Assembly (NCBI GenBank): GCA_964449285.1
Contig: CAYUZX010000013.1
Location: 1 to 58,945 of the forward strand
DNA: 58,945 bases
Source of the DNA: an uncultured Prolixibacteraceae bacterium
GTDB taxonomy: Bacteria > Bacteroidota > Bacteroidia > Bacteroidales > FEN-979
Direction: 5' to 3'
In this document: piece after piece, positions 8,352 to 16,637 of the stretch
Position numbering within the stretch: position 1 is the stretch's first letter
Layout: every line of letters starts with the position of its first letter
Notes under the pieces: generated by a model
The model's input: only the letters and a program-made list of their open reading frames with translations
What the model was told of the DNA's origin: nothing
Database searches by the model: none
Position numbers and translations under genes: made by a program

Positions 8352-10889
8352 ATGGCTGGCAATCAGTATTATGTCACAAAGGAATTTCCTGAGAAGCGGA
8401 TAAGTAAGATCTGGGACAAGGGGTCAAATATAAGTACCATAGCAGCAAGTGGCGGCCAGTGGGTTGTTGCCGCGGATGATTCAAGTCGCTATACAGGCCA
8501 GCGTTGGGCCACACGGGAAGATTTTCCTGCTGAGTCGATCAAAGAGGGTTGGGATGAGCTCTATGATATTACATCAATCGGATATGGAGGTGATGGCCGT
8601 TGGTTTATTATTATGTCACAAAACAGTGGGTTTACTGATCAGCGATGGAATACACGGAATGAATTCCCTGAAAAGGAGATAAAACAGGGGTACAAAGATG
8701 GGTTTTATATCACTGAGATTGCTTTTGGTAATGATCTTTGGGTGGTAGTGCTATCAAAACGGACTGACTATACCCACCAAATTTACGGACTGTATAATGA
8801 AGTGCCGGGCGATATGATCAAAGAGTATTGGGACAAAGGATATGCAATTACCTCCTTGTCTCCAGGCAGGGGGAAATGGGCACTGGTAATGACGAAAACG
8901 GCCCTTATTGAAAACCAGTTTTATGTCTATAATTCAATCATGCCTGTGGATGATATTAACGGAAAGGAGCGTGAAGGATATAAGATAAGCAATTTGTATT
9001 TTGGGAACGGAACATGGATGGTGGTGATGAACATTTGTACGGATCAGTCAAATGAGAACCTTATCGAGGGTGCTATGGATGAGCCTGTTGAAAATAATCT
9101 GCCACTTGCTCAGCCATCTTCCTCGGGTCCGGAGAAAAACAAAACTGAAGGAGAAGAGGGAGAACCTGAAACACTTGAGGATATCCTGGAAGAGTTGAAT
9201 CAGTTGGTTGGGCTGAAGGAGATTAAACAGGAGATCGAAAGTCTGATGGGCCTGATCAGAATCGAGAAAATTCGCCGTGAGCGAGGCATGAGCCCTAACC
9301 CACAAGCACTCCATTGGGTTTTTTCAGGACCGCCCGGAACTGGCAAAACGACGGTTGCCCGTTTGATTGGACGTATCTATAAAGCATTAGGGTTGTTGAA
9401 AAAAGGACATCTCGTCGAAGTCGACAGATCGGGGCTGGTTGCTGAATTTATCGGACAAACAGCAAAAAACACTGATAAGGTAGTTCAGTCTGCTCTTGAT
9501 GGTGTTCTGTTTATTGATGAAGCCTATAGCTTGATTCCTGAAGATGCAGGTCGTGATTTTGGGACAGAGGCAGTAGAAACCCTCTTGAAACGAATGGACG
9601 ATTTTCGTGACCGGTTGGTTGTCATCGTCGCCGGATATACAGATGAGATGCACCGCTTTATTAATAGCAATCCAGGATTACAGTCACGATTTGTGCAAAC
9701 ATTTCAATTTCCCGATTATAATCCCGATGAACTCTTAAAAATATTCAATCTGATTGCTGCTTCAAAAAAGACAACTCTCCTAGATGATGCTGCTGAAAAG
9801 ATGAATCGATATTTTGCTTACATCTATAAATCCAGGACAAAATCGTTTGGGAATGGCAGGAAGGTGAGGAACGTGTTTGAAGAGATGATCCGGCGCCAGG
9901 CTGTCAGGCTTGGCAGACTGAAAAAGATATCCGATAAAGACCTGATGACATTCACACTCGAAGATGTTGAGAAAACTGTTGAGGATGAGTTTGTTGACGA
10001 AAAGATCGAATCTGTTGAGGAAATCCTTGCTGAATTGAATTTGCTGGTTGGCATGGAGGAGATTAAATCGGATGTTAAAACCCTTATTAACTTCATTAAA
10101 GTTGAAAAGATCAAGGCCGAAAAAGGGATGAAGAGTGAACCCATCACGCTTCACAGTGTATTTTATGGCCCTCCTGGTACTGGAAAAACAACTGTTGCAA
10201 GGTTGATGGGCCGGATTTTTAAGTCTCTTGGGATTCTCCCAACTGGTCATGTAATTGAGGTGGGCAGAGCCGACCTGGTTGGGGAGTATATTGGCCATAC
10301 GGCTCCAAAAGTAGAGAAAGTGGTAGATTCCGCCATGCATGGCATCCTTTTCATTGATGAAGCCTATATGCTGAAACCTAAAGGTAGTGGAAATGATTTC
10401 GGACAAGAGGCACTGGACACTATTTTAAAAAGGATGGAGGATGATCGTGATAAACTGGTTGTAATCATGGCGGGATATCCGGATGAAATGAAGTATTTGA
10501 TCCAATCAAATCCAGGGTTAGAATCCCGCTTTAACCGGTATTTTTATTTCAGCGATTTTAAACCAGACGAACTTTTCCAGATCTTCCTTAGATTTTGCGG
10601 AAAACATGAGATTAAACTGGAAGATGAAGCTGATAAACAGATAAGGAACTATTTGACGGATAAATTCCAACATCGTGACAGGTCATTTGGAAACGGAAGG
10701 ATGGTGAGGAATTTTTATGAAAAGCTGGTACAGGCCCAATCAGATCGCATTGCAAACTCAACCGAAGAGATTACTTCCGAGATGCTAACTACTTTTACGG
10801 CCGAGGATGTTTCGAAGGTGATCAATGGTTCTGACAGAGGTAACCCAAACACTGCAGGATCCAATCGGTCGGGGCAGGGGAGTGCCTGA
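8352..10889 (+). CDS. Double AAA+ ATPase (CbbX/SpoVK/EccA clade) with an N-terminal five-repeat domain
   Basis: Two GPPGTGKTT Walker A, two LFIDEAY Walker B, NPGLxSRF and FGNGR motifs; start moved to ATG 8352 (MAGNQ), just after the upstream stop. Confidence 0.9.
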   Translation: MAGNQYYVTKEFPEKRISKIWDKGSNISTIAASGGQWVVAADDSSRYTGQRWATREDFPAESIKEGWDELYDITSIGYGGDGRWFIIMSQNSGFTDQRWNTRNEFPEKEIKQGYKDGFYITEIAFGNDLWVVVLSKRTDYTHQIYGLYNEVPGDMIKEYWDKGYAITSLSPGRGKWALVMTKTALIENQFYVYNSIMPVDDINGKEREGYKISNLYFGNGTWMVVMNICTDQSNENLIEGAMDEPVENNLPLAQPSSSGPEKNKTEGEEGEPETLEDILEELNQLVGLKEIKQEIESLMGLIRIEKIRRERGMSPNPQALHWVFSGPPGTGKTTVARLIGRIYKALGLLKKGHLVEVDRSGLVAEFIGQTAKNTDKVVQSALDGVLFIDEAYSLIPEDAGRDFGTEAVETLLKRMDDFRDRLVVIVAGYTDEMHRFINSNPGLQSRFVQTFQFPDYNPDELLKIFNLIAASKKTTLLDDAAEKMNRYFAYIYKSRTKSFGNGRKVRNVFEEMIRRQAVRLGRLKKISDKDLMTFTLEDVEKTVEDEFVDEKIESVEEILAELNLLVGMEEIKSDVKTLINFIKVEKIKAEKGMKSEPITLHSVFYGPPGTGKTTVARLMGRIFKSLGILPTGHVIEVGRADLVGEYIGHTAPKVEKVVDSAMHGILFIDEAYMLKPKGSGNDFGQEALDTILKRMEDDRDKLVVIMAGYPDEMKYLIQSNPGLESRFNRYFYFSDFKPDELFQIFLRFCGKHEIKLEDEADKQIRNYLTDKFQHRDRSFGNGRMVRNFYEKLVQAQSDRIANSTEEITSEMLTTFTAEDVSKVINGSDRGNPNTAGSNRSGQGSA

Positions 10890-10897
10890 TTTATTAA

Positions 10898-10905
10898 TAT
10901 CTTTG
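10898..10905 (+). promoter_or_regulatory. Putative Bacteroidota -7 promoter element TATCTTTG
   Basis: Matches TAnnTTTG, 17 nt upstream of the response-regulator ATG. Confidence 0.55.
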
Positions 10906-10922
10906 CTAAAGAAATACCAGAG

Positions 10923-11333
10923 ATGATTAGAGGAGATATCAATTGGCAGGGAAGATATATTCTGATTGTTGAAGATGATCAGATTTGCTTCAGCTATCTG
11001 GATGTACTTCTTAAGCCAACAAAAGTTACTATTTTCCATGCCTTGGAAGGACAACAGGCAGTCAACCTCTGCAACGCCCATCCAGAAATAGAAATTGTAT
11101 TGATGGATGTCAGGCTGCCTGGAATGAATGGACTGGATGCCACCCGGGCGATCACTTCTATTAGGCATGACCTGCCTGTCATCGCACAAACTGCTTATGC
11201 TTCAGAGGACGACCAACAAGCAGCCTACTCTGCTGGTTGCTGGGATTTCATTGCCAAACCAATTCCGGCGAATGACATGATCCTAATGATTAAGAAGTAT
11301 CTTGAGAGAGAGAATGATGAGAAGCCAAATTAA
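10923..11333 (+). CDS. Single-domain response regulator (CheY-like receiver)
   Basis: ILIVEDD, VLMDVRLPGMNG, AQTAYA, FIAKP. Confidence 0.92.
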   Translation: MIRGDINWQGRYILIVEDDQICFSYLDVLLKPTKVTIFHALEGQQAVNLCNAHPEIEIVLMDVRLPGMNGLDATRAITSIRHDLPVIAQTAYASEDDQQAAYSAGCWDFIAKPIPANDMILMIKKYLERENDEKPN

Positions 11334-11363
11334 AACGTACCTCTAACGTATAGCTTCGAACTG

Positions 11364-11438
11364 TGGGATGTACTGGATTCGAACCAGTGACCCCCGCCCT
11401 GTCAAGGCGATGCTCTAAACCAACTGAGCTAACATCCC
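11364..11438 (-). tRNA. tRNA-Val(GAC)
   Basis: Reverse complement GGGATGTTAGCTCAGTTGGTTTAGAGC...TTGACAG...GGTTCGAATCC...ACATCCCA folds as a cloverleaf. Confidence 0.95.
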
Positions 11439-11449
11439 GAAAACGGTTG

Positions 11450-11457
11450 CAAAAGTA
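11450..11457 (-). promoter_or_regulatory. Putative -7 element TACTTTTG for tRNA-Val
   Basis: TAnnTTTG 11 nt upstream of the tRNA 5' end. Confidence 0.65.
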
Positions 11458-11470
11458 GAAAACTTTTAAG

Positions 11471-11559
11471 GAAAATCGAAATTAGAAATTAGAAATTCCA
11501 CTCTCACCCGATCCCTCAATCCTCTATCCTGGTCCCTCATACCTCATCCTTCGTCCCTG
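11471..11559. repeat. Two heptamer arrays: 4x GAAATTA-like (11471-11498) and 7x GAGGGAC/GAGGAT-like on the minus strand (11511-11559)
   Basis: Read directly; the second array encodes the last codons and TGA stop of the flavin reductase gene. Confidence 0.8.
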
Positions 11560-12047
11560 AAAACGCCAACGATTTCTCCATAGTAAACTATGTGAAAATC
11601 CCTTGTTGGATAATATTGTTCAATGATGGCAGGGTCAAGTGTTGACGGGTCGAGCCGGTGTTTGTGTATGATGCGGCATTCATAATGGATTGTTGACTCC
11701 TGGATGTAAAATGCTGTGGTGCTCTCACCCTTGGTCATGTTGAATCCACAGGCTTCCGCTTTATTCACGTCCTGTCCTGAACGGGTTCCGCAAAGCATAA
11801 TTTCTTCTTTGTATTTATCAGAGAGTATGTTGACCGTGAATGCCTGACTATCTTCCATTAACCCGAACGTATACCGGGTAGGTCTTACAAGCACCTGAAC
11901 AACAGGGCGGCTCCAAATATACCCAAGTGTCCCCCAGCCTATCGTCATCGGGTTTGGTGGCACTCCAGCAACTAGAAGGATACCATCGCCCCGCATTTTC
12001 TCCATCGTCTCCTCAAATGCTTCGAATGTTCCTATCTCTATTCGCAT
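11544..12047 (-). CDS. Flavin reductase-like family protein
   Basis: NPMTIGWG, VRPTRYTF, FTVN, CGTRSG, YECRI, HIVYYGEI. Confidence 0.88.
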   Translation of the reverse strand: MRIEIGTFEAFEETMEKMRGDGILLVAGVPPNPMTIGWGTLGYIWSRPVVQVLVRPTRYTFGLMEDSQAFTVNILSDKYKEEIMLCGTRSGQDVNKAEACGFNMTKGESTTAFYIQESTIHYECRIIHKHRLDPSTLDPAIIEQYYPTRDFHIVYYGEIVGVFRDEG

Positions 12048-12088
12048 AATTTTCTACTTTTGTTGATTAACGTTTAAATGATCCAGGT

Positions 12089-14341
12089 ATGCTAACAAAG
12101 GTAGAGAAAATAATGCTCATCTCCCTGTTTGCTTGTTTTTCGGCAGCAGGATTTTCACAGGTTGAATATCAGAAGATTACACTCGAGGATGTAATTCAAC
12201 GGAGGACATTCTCATCGAGAGGCGTGTATGGCATGCAACCTCTCAAGGATGGCCGTCACTTTAGTCAGGTCAAAAATGATAGCCTCAATGTCTATGATTA
12301 CGCTACAGGAGATTATATTAGTACGATTGTCGCCTCCACAGATTTGATCCCGAAAGGTGATTCTACACCTGTCCCAATCTCCAGCTACGAGTTTAGTGAG
12401 AATGAAAAGAGGATCCTCTTTACGGACGAGGAGGAAGCAATCTACCGTCACTCTACTAAAGCATACTATTATATATACGATATTGAGACCAGAAAGTTGA
12501 TCCCGTTATCGACAGGCGAGAAACAACGGTTAGCTACACTTTCCCCGGATGGGAATAAAGTAGCATTTGTTCGCGACAACAACATCTTTATCAGGGATCT
12601 TGAATCCGGTTTCTGGAATTCCAGCCAGGAGGGGGGGCAGGATGGTGATAGCAACCGTGATCCAGTATTCACTAGCGAGATGCAAATCACATCTGATGGA
12701 CAGTTTAACGAGATCATCAATGGAGCTACGGATTGGGTATATGAAGAGGAGTTTGGTTTTACCAAAGCGTTTTTCTGGGCACCCGACAGTAAAAAGATTG
12801 CCTACTATCGCTTTGACGAGAAACAGGTAAAAGAATATAAGCTGGAATATTACGGGGAAGTCTATCCTGAGATTTATACATACAAATACCCCAAGGCTGG
12901 GGAGGATAACTCGCTGATTGAGATAAAAATTTACAATCTTGAAACAGGCGAGACGGTTCCGGTCGAAATTGGAGAAGATACAGATATTTATATTCCCAGG
13001 ATCAAATGGACAACGAACCCCAACTCCCTTGCCTTGTATCGGATGAACCGCCACCAGAATAAACTGGAGCTCATACTGGCAAATGCGGGTAATGGTTCAT
13101 CAACGGTGATCCTGGCCGAAAACAATCCATGGTATATTGACATCACCGACGACTGGACATTTCTGAAAGATGGCAATTCGGTTCTCCTGACCAGCGAAAA
13201 GGACGGATATAATCACATTTATCTGTATGACCTGAATGGAAATCTTATCAGGCAACTTACTTCAGGTAACTGGGAAGTGACAGCATTATATGGCGTGGAT
13301 GAAGCGCATGGCCTTGTCTATTTTCAGTCGGACCAATCATCTCCCCTGAACCGGGATGTGAACGTAGTTAGCATGGATGGGAAGGGCTATCGGACTCTCT
13401 CCGGGAAAGATGGTTACGCCAGGGCTCAGTTCAATGCTGATTATACATACTATGTAAATAACTGGTCCGATATCAATACGCCTCCGGTAATTACTTTAAA
13501 CAAAGCTGATGGGGAAGAAGTACGGATTCTTCAGGATAATGAAATACTTCTGGGCCGGATGAAGGAGTACGATTTTTCAAAAGTGGATTTTTTCACTTTC
13601 AGGACTGAAGACGGCCTGGATCTTAACGGTTGGATGTTGAAACCACCCGATTTTGATCCGATGAAACGATATCCGGTACTATTTACGATTTATGGTGGCC
13701 CTGGCTCCCAGACTGTTGCAAATCGCTGGGGAGCCGCCAGTGCATGGAACCAGCTGATGGCACAGCATGGAATCATTGTGGTCTCTGTCGACAACAGGGG
13801 GACAGGTGCCCGTGGCCAGGAGTTCAAGAAATGCACCTATCTCGAGCTCGGAAAATTTGAAACACTTGATCAGATAGAGGCTGCTAAGTATCTTGGAGCC
13901 TTGCCCTATGTAGATAAAGACCGGATTGGCATGTGGGGTTGGAGCTTTGGGGGTTACCTCACACTTTCTTGCCTGACAAAGGGAGCTGATTATTTCAGCA
14001 TGGGTGTCGCTGTTGCGCCCGTGACGAACTGGAAATACTATGATAATATTTATACAGAGAAGTTCATGCGTACCCCCGGGGAGAATGAAAAAGGATACGA
14101 GGACAACTCTCCTGTTAATCACGCAGAGAAGTTGAAAGGGAAGATTCTGATCATTCATGGGATGGCCGACGACAATGTCCATGCCCAGAACACGTATGAT
14201 ATGATCACTGCTTTGGTTGCATCAAACAAACAGTTTGATCTTCAGGTATACCCAAATAGCAACCACGGCATCTATTCCGGGAAAAATACTTCCTGGCACA
14301 ACTACAGCAGGATGACAGCGTTTATTCTGGAAAATCTTTAA
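12089..14341 (+). CDS. dpp4: Dipeptidyl peptidase IV (S9B family), secreted
   Basis: Signal peptide, DWVYEEE, YPKAG, GWSFGG nucleophile, DDNVH, NHGI. Confidence 0.93.
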   Translation: MLTKVEKIMLISLFACFSAAGFSQVEYQKITLEDVIQRRTFSSRGVYGMQPLKDGRHFSQVKNDSLNVYDYATGDYISTIVASTDLIPKGDSTPVPISSYEFSENEKRILFTDEEEAIYRHSTKAYYYIYDIETRKLIPLSTGEKQRLATLSPDGNKVAFVRDNNIFIRDLESGFWNSSQEGGQDGDSNRDPVFTSEMQITSDGQFNEIINGATDWVYEEEFGFTKAFFWAPDSKKIAYYRFDEKQVKEYKLEYYGEVYPEIYTYKYPKAGEDNSLIEIKIYNLETGETVPVEIGEDTDIYIPRIKWTTNPNSLALYRMNRHQNKLELILANAGNGSSTVILAENNPWYIDITDDWTFLKDGNSVLLTSEKDGYNHIYLYDLNGNLIRQLTSGNWEVTALYGVDEAHGLVYFQSDQSSPLNRDVNVVSMDGKGYRTLSGKDGYARAQFNADYTYYVNNWSDINTPPVITLNKADGEEVRILQDNEILLGRMKEYDFSKVDFFTFRTEDGLDLNGWMLKPPDFDPMKRYPVLFTIYGGPGSQTVANRWGAASAWNQLMAQHGIIVVSVDNRGTGARGQEFKKCTYLELGKFETLDQIEAAKYLGALPYVDKDRIGMWGWSFGGYLTLSCLTKGADYFSMGVAVAPVTNWKYYDNIYTEKFMRTPGENEKGYEDNSPVNHAEKLKGKILIIHGMADDNVHAQNTYDMITALVASNKQFDLQVYPNSNHGIYSGKNTSWHNYSRMTAFILENL

Positions 14342-14380
14342 TCGATGATGGAAGGTTGATCCCAGGTTCTGGATGTATGT

Positions 14381-14408
14381 TATTTTATATTTTACATTTT
14401 GCATTTTA
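14381..14408 (+). repeat. 4x (T/C)ATTTT(A/G) heptamer array
   Basis: tatttta tatttta cattttg catttta. Confidence 0.6.
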
Positions 14409-14420
14409 ATTTTTATCTGG

Positions 14421-14428
14421 TATCTTTG
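14421..14428 (+). promoter_or_regulatory. Putative -7 element TATCTTTG of the rpsU operon
   Basis: TAnnTTTG with TTTG (14398-14401) 19 nt upstream. Confidence 0.7.
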
Positions 14429-14481
14429 CAGCCCTTTTTAAGAATAATTTGTTCATAAAACAAGAAAGAGAGAGTTCAAGC

Positions 14482-14673
14482 ATGATTGTAGTACCTGTTA
14501 AAGAAGGCGAAAACATCGACCGGGCACTGAAGAAGCTGAAACGTAAATTTGAGAAAACAGGCGTCGTGAGAGAGGTACGTGAACGCCAGAAGTTCACCAA
14601 ACCATCTATCAAGCGCAGGGAAGAGATTCAGAAAGCTGTATATATCCAGAAGCTTCAGCAGGAACAGAGTTAA
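14482..14673 (+). CDS. rpsU: 30S ribosomal protein bS21
   Basis: MIVVPVKEGENIDRALKKLKRKFEKTGV...FTKPS. Confidence 0.97.
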   Translation: MIVVPVKEGENIDRALKKLKRKFEKTGVVREVRERQKFTKPSIKRREEIQKAVYIQKLQQEQS

Positions 14674-14775
14674 AAGGCGATTTTGTAAGAAGAAATTTTG
14701 ACCCGGGCAAATATCTTTGTATATTTATCCGGTGAATGGGCAAGCCCGTCAACGTTTCTTCTTATTTTTTTGACT

Positions 14776-15654
14776 GTGGTGAAGGAGATGTTTATTGAAT
14801 ATATCAGGTATGAGAAGCGATACTCGCCTCATACAGTCACAGCCTACCAGAATGATCTCTCACAATTTTTCGATTTTCTAGAAAACCAGTATGATCTCCA
14901 CAATATTGACGGGATAGATCATACTATAATCAGGTCATGGCTTGTCTTCCTGATGGAGCAAGGAATAAGTGAGCGGAGTGTGAATCGTAAAATGACCACG
15001 TTGAAATCCTTTTACAGGTACCTGATCAAAACAGGTAAAGCAGATGTCAATCCAATGAACCGGCTCGCTGCAATGAAAACAAGAAAACGGTTACCTGTTT
15101 ATGTGGAGCAGGATCGGATTGATCTTATGTTCGACCAACTCGATTATGGTGATGGATACCCTGCGAGCAGGAACAGACTTATTCTTGATTTGTTTTATTC
15201 AACGGGCATGAGGTTGTCGGAACTGGTTAATCTTCGCGACTTTGATGTGGACCTGCAACATGCCAGTTTGAAAGTTCTTGGTAAACGTAATAAAGAACGG
15301 ATTATCCCGTTTGGATCAACATTAGGGGAGTTGTTGAAGCAGTATATGGATATGAAGAGGTCATTATTTCCTGGCCAAACCTGGCTCATTCTGACTGACG
15401 GGGGTGCACAAATTTATCCAAAGATGGTCTACCGGATCGTTCACCAGGCGCTGGCCCAGGTTTCAACACTCACCAGGAAAAGTCCGCACGTGCTCAGGCA
15501 TACCTTTGCAACCCATCTGTTAAATAATGGAGCTGAATTAAATGCTGTAAAAGAATTACTTGGGCACAGCAGTCTTGCAGCCACACAAATCTATACCCAT
15601 AATGAAATTGAGAAATTAAAACGTATATATCAACAAGCTCATCCAAAAGCTTAA
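14776..15654 (+). CDS. xerC: Tyrosine recombinase XerC/XerD family (start uncertain: GTG 14776 or ATG 14788)
   Basis: TGMRLSEL, GKRNKER, HVLRHTFATHLL, LLGHS, TQIYTH; rpsU-xer-hpf context typical of Bacteroidota. Confidence 0.85.
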   Translation: MVKEMFIEYIRYEKRYSPHTVTAYQNDLSQFFDFLENQYDLHNIDGIDHTIIRSWLVFLMEQGISERSVNRKMTTLKSFYRYLIKTGKADVNPMNRLAAMKTRKRLPVYVEQDRIDLMFDQLDYGDGYPASRNRLILDLFYSTGMRLSELVNLRDFDVDLQHASLKVLGKRNKERIIPFGSTLGELLKQYMDMKRSLFPGQTWLILTDGGAQIYPKMVYRIVHQALAQVSTLTRKSPHVLRHTFATHLLNNGAELNAVKELLGHSSLAATQIYTHNEIEKLKRIYQQAHPKA

Positions 15655-15660
15655 TTTAAT

Positions 15661-15669
15661 AAGGAGGTG
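15661..15669 (+). promoter_or_regulatory. Strong Shine-Dalgarno sequence AAGGAGGTG upstream of hpf
   Basis: 9-nt complement of the canonical anti-SD immediately before ATG 15672. Confidence 0.65.
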
Positions 15670-15671
15670 TT

Positions 15672-15971
15672 ATGAATATGATTATTAGCTCTGTACATTT
15701 TAAAGCCGATAAAAAACTGGAAACATATGTGAAAGAGAAGCTTGATAAACTACCATCTATCTTTGACGGTGTTATCGGTGCAGAAGTTAAATTGAAGTTG
15801 GATAACAATGACGTTCCTGAAAATAAAATTGCAGAGATAAGATTGATGGTTAAAGGGAATGACTTGTTTGTTGTCAAAGAGGCAAAAACATTTGAAGAGG
15901 CAACTTCTATGGCCCTGGATGTCCTCCGCAGGCAGTTAAGAAAGTACAAAGAGAAGCAACGGGGCAAATAA
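15672..15971 (+). CDS. hpf: Ribosome hibernation promoting factor (HPF/RaiA)
   Basis: SVHFKADKKLETYVKEKLDKL, ENKIAEIRL, TFEEA...LRRQLRKYKEK. Confidence 0.92.
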   Translation: MNMIISSVHFKADKKLETYVKEKLDKLPSIFDGVIGAEVKLKLDNNDVPENKIAEIRLMVKGNDLFVVKEAKTFEEATSMALDVLRRQLRKYKEKQRGK

Positions 15972-15996
15972 TAATCACTAAATTTTCAGAAAACTC

Positions 15997-16027
15997 TTTG
16001 ATAATTTTCTAATTCTTTATACTTTTG
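15997..16027 (+). promoter_or_regulatory. Bacteroidota promoter (-33 TTTG, 19-bp spacer, -7 TACTTTTG) for the tRNA-tuf operon
   Basis: TTTG at 15997-16000 and TACTTTTG at 16020-16027. Confidence 0.75.
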
Positions 16028-16080
16028 CAGTCCTTTTTCGTGAAGGACTGTTTTTATATATATTGTGAGCGGGCAAAATT

Positions 16081-16153
16081 GCCGATGTAGCTCAGCTGGT
16101 AGAGCAGCTGATTTGTAATCAGCTGGTCGGCGGTTCGAGTCCGTCCATCGGCT
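16081..16153 (+). tRNA. tRNA-Thr(TGT)
   Basis: GCCGATG acceptor stem, CTGAT-TTGTAAT-CAG anticodon arm, GGTTCGAGTCC. Confidence 0.96.
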
Positions 16154-16174
16154 CATTTAGGGGCTAGGCAGGCC

Positions 16175-16210
16175 TCCTGTAGAGACGAGGCATGACTCAT
16201 CTCTACAGGA
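16175..16210. repeat. GTAG-type REP-like palindrome
   Basis: TCCT-GTAGAGACGAGGCATGACTCATCTCTAC-AGGA hairpin. Confidence 0.8.
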
Positions 16211-16216
16211 AAATCC

Positions 16217-16301
16217 GGGGAGATACCAGAGCGGTCAAATGGGGCAGACTGTAAATCTGTTGGCTAAGCCTTCGGAGGTTCGAATCCTCCTCTCCCCACC
16301 A
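16217..16301 (+). tRNA. tRNA-Tyr(GTA), CCA encoded
   Basis: GGGGAGA/TCTCCCC acceptor stem, CTGTAAA loop, long variable arm, GGTTCGAATCC. Confidence 0.96.
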
Positions 16302-16307
16302 CTACAG

Positions 16308-16371
16308 TAGCGAAATAGCGAAATAGTGAAATAGCGAAATTTCGCTACCTCACATTTTCACTACCTCACTG
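16308..16371. repeat. Octamer array 4x TAGYGAAA followed directly by 4 inverted degenerate units
   Basis: tagcgaaa tagcgaaa tagtgaaa tagcgaaa | tttcgcta cctcacat tttcacta cctcactg. Confidence 0.85.
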
Positions 16372-16379
16372 CTTAGTTT

Positions 16380-16452
16380 GCGGAAGTAGCTCATTTGGTA
16401 GAGCGGAAGCCTTCCAAGCTTCAGGTGGCGGGTTCGAGCCCCGTCTTCCGCT
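16380..16452 (+). tRNA. tRNA-Gly(TCC)
   Basis: GCGGAAG/CTTCCGC acceptor stem, GAAGC-CTTCCAA-GCTTC anticodon arm. Confidence 0.95.
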
Positions 16453-16515
16453 CAAACCTAGGCTTTAAGCCGGGCTTTTACTTGACCCCGGATTTCGTCC
16501 TGGGATTGAGAAAAA

Positions 16516-16587
16516 GCCTTTGTAGCTCAGGGGTAGAGCGTTTCCTTGGTAAGGAAGAGGTCAAGAGTTCAATTCTCTTCAAAGGCT
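16516..16587 (+). tRNA. tRNA-Thr(GGT)
   Basis: GCCTTTG/CAAAGGC acceptor stem, TTGGTAA loop, GTTCAATTC. Confidence 0.95.
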
Positions 16588-16637
16588 CAATAAACTTGCA
16601 ATTAATCAAAAATCACGTAATTAAACTTTAATTCAAA

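Noticed and set aside
8352-10889. Calling the ATPase a RuBisCO activase (cbbX), spoVK or type VII eccA
   Set aside because: Same clade, but no RuBisCO, sporulation, WXG100 or FtsK-like partner genes are present in the window.
14776-15654. Integrase of a genomic island beside the tRNA cluster
   Set aside because: It is a ~290-aa Xer-type protein in the housekeeping rpsU-xer-hpf context; I saw no duplicated tRNA 3' end or cargo genes.
16395-16631. 78-aa ORF (also 17904-18119 and 38610-38840)
   Set aside because: They overlap tRNA genes and are translations of structural RNA.
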